This document shows positions 56,773-64,000 of a stretch of DNA of 64,000 bases, one piece after another (position 1 is the stretch's first letter; every line of letters starts with the position of its first letter). The position numbers and the translations under genes are program-made. The stretch is from Anaerolineaceae bacterium (lineage in GTDB: Bacteria; Chloroflexota; Anaerolineae; Anaerolineales; Anaerolineaceae). The notes below the pieces were generated by a model. The model was given only the letters and a program-made list of their open reading frames with translations, was not told where the DNA came from and searched no databases. The stretch lies in contig JAGPFF010000001.1 in the NCBI GenBank assembly GCA_018056725.1, forward strand, positions 26,034 through 90,033, given 5' to 3'.

Positions 56773-58275
56773 ATGCAGGAAAAATTGGCACAATTTAAAC
56801 ATCGCATGATGGAAATCACCGACCTGGGTAGAGCAGAAGCTCTGCTCGGCTGGGATCAGCAGACCTATATGCCACGCGGCGGTGCTGAAGACCGGGGGAA
56901 CGTGTTGGAGACGGTGGCAGGACTTTCGCATCGCATGTTCACCTCCGCGGAAATGGGTGAGATGCTGGCGTTGCTCGTGCCTTATGCTGAAAACCTGGAC
57001 CCGGATTCGGATGATGCCTGCCTGATTAAACGAACGGCTCATGATTATGAAAAAATGACTAAAGTTCCCGGCGAATGGGTGGCGGAATTTGCCCGCATCA
57101 CCACTCTGGCACAGGTGGCGTGGGAAGAAGCTAAAACGGAAAACCAGTTCGAAGTTTTTCGCCCGCACCTGGAGAAGGTGGTGGAACTACGCCGGGCTTA
57201 CGCTGATTTCTTCAAACCCTACGACCACGTTTATGATGCGCTTTTGGATGATTTTGAACCGGGAATGAAAACAAGCGAAGTGCAGGCAATTTTTGATACT
57301 TTACGTCCGCAACAGGTTCAGTTGCTGAAGGAAATTGCCGCCCAACCGGTGGTGGAGGATTCCTTCCTCCATGTTCCCTATGATGAGCAGGGACAGTGGG
57401 ATTTTGGTGTGGATGTAATCACCCGCTTTGGTTTTGATTGGAATCGCGGGCGGCAGGATAAATCGATGCACCCGTTCACCACCTCCTTTGGAATTGATGA
57501 CGTGCGCATCACCACCCGTTTTGACCCGGAACGGGCTGCCTCCGCTTTATTCAGCACCATGCACGAAGGCGGTCATGCCATGTATGAACAGGGGATCGCG
57601 AAATCCTTAAGGCGATACCCGCTGGCAAACGGTGCCTCGATGGCTGTGCATGAGTCGCAATCGCGGATGTGGGAGAACCTGGTCGGGCGATCAAAATCCT
57701 TTTGGATCTTCTTTTATCCTAAATTGGTGGAACGGTTCCCGACCCAGCTTGCGAATGTAACCCTGGAGCAGTTCTATCGCGGTATCAATAAGGTTGAGCC
57801 CTCATTCATTCGTGTTGAAGCAGACGAAGCCACCTACAACCTGCATATCATGCTGCGTATGGAGTTGGAGATTGCCATGCTCGAAGGACGTTTGCAGGCT
57901 GGCGATCTACCGCAAGCATGGAATCAAAAAATGGAGGAATATCTGGGTGTGATACCGCCTAATGATCGTGAAGGCGTGCTGCAGGATGTACACTGGTCAG
58001 GTGGAATGATGGGGTACTTCCCGACCTATGCCCTTGGAAATCTGGTCTCTGCACAGTTATGGGAAAAGATTCACCAAGACCTGCCTTCTCTGGAGGATCA
58101 AATCCGCCAGGGCAAATTTGACGACCTGCTCGGCTGGCTGCGGGTCAATGTGCACCAGCACGGGGCGAAATTCCAACCCCAGGTGCTGGTCAAGCGGGTT
58201 ACCGGATCCACCATCCGTCCGGAACCGTATATGCACTACCTGCGTACCAAATACGCGGAGATTTATCACCTGTAA
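56773..58275 (+). CDS. M32 carboxypeptidase (Taq-type)
   Basis: 500 aa. HEGGHAMYEQG, HESQSRMWEN, and IRVEADEATYNLHI. Confidence 0.9.
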   Translation: MQEKLAQFKHRMMEITDLGRAEALLGWDQQTYMPRGGAEDRGNVLETVAGLSHRMFTSAEMGEMLALLVPYAENLDPDSDDACLIKRTAHDYEKMTKVPGEWVAEFARITTLAQVAWEEAKTENQFEVFRPHLEKVVELRRAYADFFKPYDHVYDALLDDFEPGMKTSEVQAIFDTLRPQQVQLLKEIAAQPVVEDSFLHVPYDEQGQWDFGVDVITRFGFDWNRGRQDKSMHPFTTSFGIDDVRITTRFDPERAASALFSTMHEGGHAMYEQGIAKSLRRYPLANGASMAVHESQSRMWENLVGRSKSFWIFFYPKLVERFPTQLANVTLEQFYRGINKVEPSFIRVEADEATYNLHIMLRMELEIAMLEGRLQAGDLPQAWNQKMEEYLGVIPPNDREGVLQDVHWSGGMMGYFPTYALGNLVSAQLWEKIHQDLPSLEDQIRQGKFDDLLGWLRVNVHQHGAKFQPQVLVKRVTGSTIRPEPYMHYLRTKYAEIYHL

Positions 58276-58292
58276 CTCACTCAGTTTTGAAG

Positions 58293-58322
58293 AGAGGCGG
58301 TGAATTCACCGCCTCTTTTTTG
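58293..58322. terminator. Terminator hairpin between convergent genes
   Basis: AGAGGCGGTG aatt CACCGCCTCT followed by TTTTTTG. Confidence 0.8.
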
Positions 58323-58339
58323 TCTAGCCGTCAGAGTTT

Positions 58340-59638
58340 TCAAGGTGTGGGGTTGATTGACTGCTCCGGGGAAATGGAAATGGATTGAACCGCTGGGCGT
58401 GCTTTTTCAAGATTGATGATTTCGCTGTTGAAGAACATCAGCACGCCAATCACCATGGCAAGACTGCCACCTGCCCAGTACCAGACGCGCAAACCGACAA
58501 GTTCAGCGATAGGTGTGGCAAGGAGCAGCGCGATAGGCATCATCATCGTGCAAATGCTATTGGTCATCCCCATCACACGCCCCTGAAATTGCGGTTCCAC
58601 CCGGCTTTGCATAATCGCCTGGAGAGGTCCATTGGCAATGGGGTTCATGAAGCCCATGACCGTCATTCCCACAGCAGCGATCCAAAATAAGTTAGCCGGT
58701 GCAATCCCGAAGATGAATACACCAAGACCGATACCAATGATTCCCGTCAGGCTGGTTTTCATCCGGTTCTTGAAGCCTCCCCAGACTCCAAGGGTAAGAC
58801 CGCCCAACACAATACCAATCCCTAACAGAGACTCAAGCAAACTGAGTTTCCAAACGTCTCCATGGAAATACTGGGTGACGACGAGGGGCATCAGAGTTCC
58901 CACCGGAATGAAGAGAAAATTCAACAGAGCGGCGGTAAGCACCAGGTAAAGCATGCCACGCCAGTTTTTTACATATTTAAAACCCTCCACAACGTCCGCG
59001 AGGACGCTCCTGGGGGTCACAATCTCCAGGGGAGCTTCGTGAACTGGCTGGGGGATGAGGATGAAGCATAAGGGAAGGATGGCAATAATGGCAGTTACCA
59101 CATCCACGGCGATCACCAGGTAAAGAGGCAGGAGGGACATGAGGAGCGCGCCGAGAGGTGGAGCAATGATGTTGAGACCGCCGCGAACTGCCTGATTGAG
59201 ACCGGCGAAACGGGAAAGATGCTTTTCAGGAACCATGAGGGCTGTGGACGCCTGCATTGCCGGCCATTGGAAAATACCGCCAAAGGAGCGTAAAAACAGC
59301 ACAACAAAAATATGCCAGATTTGGATGTGCCCGAAGGCAAAAAGAAAAACCAGTACGAGGGTGGTGAGAGCGGTCAAGCCATCTGCCACGATCATTACCA
59401 GGCGGCGGTTCATGCGGTCAACGAGCGCGCCGGCAAAGGGAGCCAGAAAAACCTCTGGCAGGATGGCAACCAGGGTGGCTGTGGTGAGCATGGCGGCGGA
59501 TCCGGTTTGCTGGGTGATATACCACACCAGAGCAAACTGAACCAATCCGCTGCCAAGGAGGGAGATGATCTGTCCTACCCACAGCGGGATAAAACTTCTC
59601 TTCCAGTTTGATTCGATGACGTAGCCGTGATTTTCCAT
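58340..59638 (-). CDS. MFS transporter
   Basis: About 432 aa from MENHGYVIES, with 12 hydrophobic spans and GALVDRMNRR in loop 2-3. Confidence 0.8.
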   Translation of the reverse strand: MENHGYVIESNWKRSFIPLWVGQIISLLGSGLVQFALVWYITQQTGSAAMLTTATLVAILPEVFLAPFAGALVDRMNRRLVMIVADGLTALTTLVLVFLFAFGHIQIWHIFVVLFLRSFGGIFQWPAMQASTALMVPEKHLSRFAGLNQAVRGGLNIIAPPLGALLMSLLPLYLVIAVDVVTAIIAILPLCFILIPQPVHEAPLEIVTPRSVLADVVEGFKYVKNWRGMLYLVLTAALLNFLFIPVGTLMPLVVTQYFHGDVWKLSLLESLLGIGIVLGGLTLGVWGGFKNRMKTSLTGIIGIGLGVFIFGIAPANLFWIAAVGMTVMGFMNPIANGPLQAIMQSRVEPQFQGRVMGMTNSICTMMMPIALLLATPIAELVGLRVWYWAGGSLAMVIGVLMFFNSEIINLEKARPAVQSISISPEQSINPTP

Positions 59639-59724
59639 TGGGTCACAATCCACAAAGCATCAGATACCCGGGGCTGAAGAAAACCTCGGAAGCGATTTAA
59701 CAATATAAAAGGGAGACCTGTTCG

Positions 59725-60120
59725 TTATTCGATGAAGACTTCTACGTGTTCACCGTCTTCGTCATCATAAACGTCCATGATCTTTCCGGTTTCGCCAGAA
59801 GCGATAGCTTCCGCCATGCGGGCGGCATCGAGTCCTTCAATTTCCGGTGAAAAGCGCATGCCCATGCGAATTCCGGCATTGATCATGCCTATTGGCAGAC
59901 GGATATTAACCCGTGCCCGACCTGTATCCGTATCCGTAACTCTGACCCGGAAAAAGCGACCGCCGCCTTTGCCAGTCATCCCAAGGGTGGACCTGTCTTC
60001 AGTTTCCGCTTTGCGGGCGGAGCTGTCCAGAGCTTTGAGCAATTCCGCTGCCATTTCAGCGGTGATTTTGCCATCTTGCACCATCTTAAGGACTTTTAAT
60101 CGTTCCTCGCTGCTAGCCAT
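59725..60120 (-). CDS. Hypothetical protein with N-terminal SHOCT-like helix pair
   Basis: 131 aa. EERLKVLKMVQDGKITAEMAAELLKAL followed by a small beta-rich domain. Confidence 0.5.
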   Translation of the reverse strand: MASSEERLKVLKMVQDGKITAEMAAELLKALDSSARKAETEDRSTLGMTGKGGGRFFRVRVTDTDTGRARVNIRLPIGMINAGIRMGMRFSPEIEGLDAARMAEAIASGETGKIMDVYDDEDGEHVEVFIE

Positions 60121-60131
60121 ACGATCGTCTC

Positions 60132-60551
60132 CTAAGCCTCAGAGGCGCGAGTTTCAGGGATTTTCTCACCGCGCAGCTTTGCCTGGGCTTCCTCCCAGGA
60201 GATCTCGCCGCGATCGAGCTGTTCAAGAATGTCACGACGGTCCTCCGCTGTTAGGGGAGCAGGCGCTTCCTCCTTGCCGGGCTCATAGCCCAAAGCGCGT
60301 ACAATCTCGTTTAAACGGCTGCGCAACGTGGGGTAGGAGAGGTTCATCTCGTCCTCCATGCGATTCAAGCGCCCTTCACAGCGAACAAAAGTGAGCAGGA
60401 ACTGCATTTGTTCCGGTGTGAGATGACCGAAAGGGGTGTGTTCGGTGGTAAAGTGACCTTCAATGGTGGTATCACAGTTGACACAATAAAGACGGGTGAC
60501 GGTGAGATCTGAATCACAAACGGGGCATTTGTTCAAAGCGGTTTTTAACAT
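60132..60551 (-). CDS. DUF2089 family protein (zinc ribbon + HTH + SHOCT-like tail)
   Basis: 139 aa. CPVCDSDLTVTRLYCVNCDT, then FVRCEGRLNRMEDEMNLSYPTLRSRLNEIV, and a C-terminal ILEQLDRGEISWEEAQAKL. Confidence 0.7.
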   Translation of the reverse strand: MLKTALNKCPVCDSDLTVTRLYCVNCDTTIEGHFTTEHTPFGHLTPEQMQFLLTFVRCEGRLNRMEDEMNLSYPTLRSRLNEIVRALGYEPGKEEAPAPLTAEDRRDILEQLDRGEISWEEAQAKLRGEKIPETRASEA

Positions 60552-60697
60552 TTTTTCTTCACCATGAGTTACAAAGGTTCTGATTTATTTATCTCAAAGT
60601 TAATTATTTTATAACATGATAACACAATCATAAATAAAGTCAATAACAGAATGAAGATTATTAATATCCTGAGAAAACTATTTGCAAATTTGGAAAA

Positions 60698-61069
60698 TCA
60701 ACTCTCCTTCTGGAGGGAACGTTCGCCTTTCAGGAACCAGCCGCCTTTACGGTTATTCACATCTTTTGGAGCGCGGTCGTAATAAATTTCAAAAACCTGA
60801 TCCGTGTCCACGGTAACGCGAAAGTAAAAACGCCCTACCCCCCAGGAACCGGAGTGGGAAGCGGAAGCGAGGTGAGCGGGAGCCATATTTTTTGCCATTC
60901 TCCCGCGTCGCTCATATTCGATCCATTCCTCCAAAATACTGGTAATGCTATATTCCTTCCCGCGCCAGGTGAACTGTTGCGGGCAAGAGGGGGCTTTCTC
61001 GCGAACAGGCGGCGTTGCGAACTCCACCTGGATGGGTTCATCGACCAGAGAGATCGGAATTGTTTTCAT
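60698..61069 (-). CDS. Hypothetical protein (123 aa)
   Basis: Trimmed to MKTIPISL (RBS AAGGAGAG). No family confidently recognised. Confidence 0.45.
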   Translation of the reverse strand: MKTIPISLVDEPIQVEFATPPVREKAPSCPQQFTWRGKEYSITSILEEWIEYERRGRMAKNMAPAHLASASHSGSWGVGRFYFRVTVDTDQVFEIYYDRAPKDVNNRKGGWFLKGERSLQKES

Positions 61070-61147
61070 GGCATCTCTCCTTATGGATTGGATGCAGGTA
61101 GGAACCGGTTGGATCGATGGGGGGAGAGGAACGCCCAAAAGAGACGG

Positions 61148-62056
61148 TCAGGCTTGATCGTTCCAATCATTGGGTTCCACATGGACGTAAGCCCGGTCAA
61201 CGTTAGGGAAGGATTCCAGTTTATGGATGACTGCATCAGAGATTTCGTGGGATTCATTCAGAGTTTTTTGCCCATCCACGTTTATGTGAAGGTCAACCAT
61301 GAGCCGTGGACCAACGTAATCCGTCATGATGTGGTGCACCTTAAGCACACCCGGTACGCTCTCGGCTGCCTGGATGAACTCGTTTACTTCGGCACGGGTG
61401 GCTCCTCGACCGGTGAGGAACCCCAGGTTTTCACGACCGGCAAGAAAAGCGTTGCGGAAAATCCAGGCTGCCACGACAAGCCCGGCGATTGGATCGGCGA
61501 GCGGGTGGATGAGATTGGAACCGATAACGCCGATGAATGCCGCCATCGAGGTCAGCACATCACTGAGGTTGTCTCGTGCGGTGGTGGCAAGGGTGGGGCT
61601 GAGGGTTCTTTTGCCAATCTGTTTGATGGAAAGATACATTCCCACCTTGATTAACGCGCTGACGAGCAAAATGGCGCTGGGGAGATCAATGGCGATCGGA
61701 GAGAGCGAATTTTGGGTGTAGCGATCGATAGCATTCCGCGCGGCTTCATAACCGGCAAAAGCCATGGATGCAGTCACCACCAGACCCACCAGAGGCTCGT
61801 AGCGCGAATGACCCTGCGGATGTGACAGATCTGGTGGACGCATGGCTGCCCATAGTCCCAGCACCATGAGAATGGAATAGATCACATCGGAAATCGAGTT
61901 TGCGGCATCGGCATAGACGGCGGCTGAGCCGGAAATATATGCCACAGCGCCTTTACCCGCTGCCAGCAGGAGATTCCCGCCCAGGGTTATGACCAGGGCA
62001 TTCCGGTAGAGACGATTTTGTTCAGGTCTTGGTTTATCTTCACGAACCCATTGCAT
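61148..62056 (-). CDS. Cation diffusion facilitator family transporter (FieF/MamB-like)
   Basis: 302 aa. YADAANSISDV in TM2, six TM spans, and a C-terminal cytoplasmic metallochaperone-like domain. Confidence 0.85.
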   Translation of the reverse strand: MQWVREDKPRPEQNRLYRNALVITLGGNLLLAAGKGAVAYISGSAAVYADAANSISDVIYSILMVLGLWAAMRPPDLSHPQGHSRYEPLVGLVVTASMAFAGYEAARNAIDRYTQNSLSPIAIDLPSAILLVSALIKVGMYLSIKQIGKRTLSPTLATTARDNLSDVLTSMAAFIGVIGSNLIHPLADPIAGLVVAAWIFRNAFLAGRENLGFLTGRGATRAEVNEFIQAAESVPGVLKVHHIMTDYVGPRLMVDLHINVDGQKTLNESHEISDAVIHKLESFPNVDRAYVHVEPNDWNDQA

Positions 62057-62081
62057 TGTCGTTTATCCTGTAGTGATGTAT

Positions 62082-62134
62082 AAAAAAAACCCCAAGGTAC
62101 TGCCTTCCATGCTGAAGGAATTGCACCTTTGAGG
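62082..62134 (-). terminator. Strong intrinsic terminator hairpin plus T8 lying 25 nt upstream of the second CDF gene (terminator of the first gene and/or attenuator)
   Basis: Reverse strand: CCUCAAAGGU gcaa UUCCUUC agcaug GAAGG cagu ACCUUGGGG UUUUUUUU. Confidence 0.7.
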
Positions 62135-62180
62135 CTTACTTCGGTCTCAATCAGACTGGTGAACCTGTCTGATAAAAAAA

Positions 62181-62190
62181 ATTATATCAT
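62181..62190 (-). promoter_or_regulatory. Candidate extended -10 promoter (TGATATAAT) between the two CDF genes
   Basis: Reverse strand TGaTATAAT. The possible -35 element CTAACA at 17-nt spacing is weak. Confidence 0.3.
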
Positions 62191-62205
62191 ACTCAACCCC
62201 AGGTG

Positions 62206-63144
62206 TTAGTTGCACCCTCCATGACCTTCACCACAACGAGTCTGTTCAAACTGCAAGGTCGTGTGTTCAATGCCAAAATCGCGTGATAGTACTTCCTTGA
62301 TTTGTTTCATTACGATGGCTTGTTGATCCATGTTGGCATCGTTGAGCACCACATGAGCGCTCAGAGACACCTCTTCTGATCCCAGATTCCAAACATGCAG
62401 ATCATGAATGGTATCAACATCCTCCAGGGCGCTGATGGAACGACGGATATCATTTACCGATAACCCTGCCGGAACGCCTTCAATCAGGATGTGGAGCGCG
62501 CTTTTTAACACCCGGTAGGCGCTGACGAGAATGATCGCGCCAATCAGAATGGAGATCAGCGGGTCAATCCAGCGGGCACCGGTCAGGCGGATCAGCAAGG
62601 CGGCAAGGATGACGCCGATTGAGGAGATCAGATCGCCTAACACATGGAGATATGCGCTGTGTACATTCAAGTTGCGTTTTTCGCCTTTGCTTTGCAGCGC
62701 TGAACCTTCATGGGCGTGATGGTGCGTGTGTTCGTGACCACCCAATATGGATGCCACGACGACATTGACGATTAGTCCGATGACCGCCACGATCATCATG
62801 GGAGTGCTTTTGATTTCGACCGGTGTCTGCCATCGCTGGATGGCTTCGACCCAGATGCCGATGGCAATCACGAGGAGAGAGACGCCATTGATCAGTGCAG
62901 CAAGGACTTCGGTACGGTGCCAGCCATAACTGTGCCGGTCATCCGGCGGGCGGGCAGCAAGTCGCATGGCAAAATAGCTCAACCCAAGGGCGAAGATATC
63001 CGAAAAGACATGTGCAGCATCCGAAAGAAGCGCCAGCGACCCTGATACCAGACCACCAATGATCTCGGCGACCAGAATTAAAGCTGTGAGCAGGATGGAG
63101 AAAAGAAATCGATTTTGTGTTGCGTGGGAATCAGTTGTGGTCAA
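62206..63144 (-). CDS. Cation diffusion facilitator family transporter (CzcD/ZitB-like)
   Basis: 312 aa. LLSDAAHVFSD in TM2, a His-rich loop GGHEHTHHHAHEGS, HVLGD in TM5, and a C-terminal CGEGHGGCN. Confidence 0.88.
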   Translation of the reverse strand: MTTTDSHATQNRFLFSILLTALILVAEIIGGLVSGSLALLSDAAHVFSDIFALGLSYFAMRLAARPPDDRHSYGWHRTEVLAALINGVSLLVIAIGIWVEAIQRWQTPVEIKSTPMMIVAVIGLIVNVVVASILGGHEHTHHHAHEGSALQSKGEKRNLNVHSAYLHVLGDLISSIGVILAALLIRLTGARWIDPLISILIGAIILVSAYRVLKSALHILIEGVPAGLSVNDIRRSISALEDVDTIHDLHVWNLGSEEVSLSAHVVLNDANMDQQAIVMKQIKEVLSRDFGIEHTTLQFEQTRCGEGHGGCN

Positions 63145-63167
63145 ATTTTTTCTCTCTGGGGATTCTT

Positions 63168-63938
63168 TTAGTATTCGAGTTCGATCTCCGCCACGGAATT
63201 AAGAATGCGGGTGGGGCGATAAGGAAAGCGCTCCACATCTGCCAGCGAGGAGACCCCACTGAGAACAAGAATTGTATCCAAACCACTCATCACGCCAGCG
63301 ACAATATCGGTATCCATGCGATCCCCTACCATGATGGTGTCTTCTGAATGGACGCCGAGGTATCGCAGCGCGCTGCGCATCATTAATGGGTTGGGTTTGC
63401 CTACAAAGAAGGGTGACCTGCCGGTCGCTTTCTCAATCAGCGCCGCCAGCGCGCCAGTGGCAGGGACAATGCCGGATTCAAGAGGCGCCGTTGAGTCAGG
63501 ATTGGTGGCAATAAACATGGCGCCTTCCTTGACCAGACGTACCGCCTTGGCGATCAATTCAAAGTTGTAGTTGTTCACTTCACCCAGAACAACATAATCG
63601 GGGTTGATGTCGGTTTGGACATATCCTACTTCATGCAGTGCCTGGGTAAGACCGCTTTCACCAATCACAAAAGCCGTTCCGTTCGGTCGCTGGCTTTGCA
63701 GAAAGCGTGCTGTGGCGATGGCGGAGGTGAAGATATGATCAGCAGGGACTTTCAGACCGATGATGTTCAGGCGATGTTCCAGGTCACGCTGGGTATAGAG
63801 CGGATTGTTGGTGAGAATTAAAAATTTTGCCTGAGAGGCGAGCAAACGATCGATAAACTCAATAGCACCTGGTAAAGGAGTTTTTCCTTTAAGGAGAACT
63901 CCATCCATATCGATCAGAAAATTTTTCTTCTGAGTCAT
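63168..63938 (-). CDS. HAD-IIA family sugar-phosphate phosphatase (NagD-like)
   Basis: 256 aa. [18 protein letters not shown], and [10 protein letters not shown]. Confidence 0.85.
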   Translation of the reverse strand: MTQKKNFLIDMDGVLLKGKTPLPGAIEFIDRLLASQAKFLILTNNPLYTQRDLEHRLNIIGLKVPADHIFTSAIATARFLQSQRPNGTAFVIGESGLTQALHEVGYVQTDINPDYVVLGEVNNYNFELIAKAVRLVKEGAMFIATNPDSTAPLESGIVPATGALAALIEKATGRSPFFVGKPNPLMMRSALRYLGVHSEDTIMVGDRMDTDIVAGVMSGLDTILVLSGVSSLADVERFPYRPTRILNSVAEIELEY

Positions 63939-64000
63939 TGTTTGCCTCCAAATCAGTATTTATTCTAACACGGTTGGAAGCCAGTTGAATCAAGTATGGA

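Noticed and set aside
62057-62205. Calling the CDF leader a NiCo (czcD) or yybP-ykoY riboswitch.
   Set aside because: I could not match the conserved cores of either class from memory. Only the generic promoter-hairpin-terminator architecture is visible, so it is reported as a candidate leader and not as a named riboswitch.
1-64000. Scan for tRNA, rRNA, tmRNA, transposases, integrases and phage genes.
   Set aside because: No intergenic region showed a cloverleaf-like arrangement or rRNA-like sequence by eye. No ORF carries DDE, tyrosine-recombinase or serine-recombinase motifs. A tRNA or covariance scan was not possible here, so small RNAs could have been missed.

Overview
This is a dense 64-kb bacterial chromosomal segment with about 60 protein genes on both strands. 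Gene content suggests a Chloroflexota/Anaerolineae-like organism: a bacterial Elp3, an archaeal-type mevalonate module, Pro/Thr-linker lipoproteins, and MacAB without an outer-membrane factor. That assignment is inference only. I recognised no rRNA, tRNA, CRISPR array, transposase or integrase.

Layout from left to right:
(1) 1-8.4 kb: a phosphorolytic cellobiose locus with a GH3 beta-glucosidase cut by the window edge, a GH94 cellobiose phosphorylase, an ABC importer, and a LacI repressor with CebR/CelR-type palindromic operators.
(2) 8.7-12.1 kb: three small, visibly AT-richer cassettes. Each ends in a decayed copy of the 3' end and/or terminator of the neighbouring DUF35 gene.
(3) 12.1-16.1 kb: an archaeal-type upper mevalonate operon (class II HMGR, HMGS, thiolase-fold protein, DUF35). 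The thiolase-fold subunit has lost its nucleophilic Cys and its catalytic His.
(4) 16.3-30 kb: mixed housekeeping and accessory genes. These include an HExxH protein, a membrane-anchored Mrr-like nuclease, NfeD/stomatin, greA, lysS, glgP, SCP2, a GH1 beta-glucosidase and DegV.
(5) 30.4-33.2 kb: three secreted proteins, including an NBR1-FW domain protein and a protein made of three 90-aa repeats.
(6) 33.3-35.8 kb: a divergent Elp3 / Trm9-like methyltransferase pair.
(7) 36-64 kb: transporters, peptidases, cell-wall enzymes, rsmA, gmk, a MacAB-type efflux operon, a DUF2089/SHOCT/MFS unit and two tandem CDF metal exporters separated by an attenuator-like leader.

The observations I rate highest are the Cys-less thiolase subunit, the serial 3'-end remnants that delimit the cassettes, and the Elp3-Trm9 pairing. 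All functional calls come from motif recognition by eye. No database search was run.
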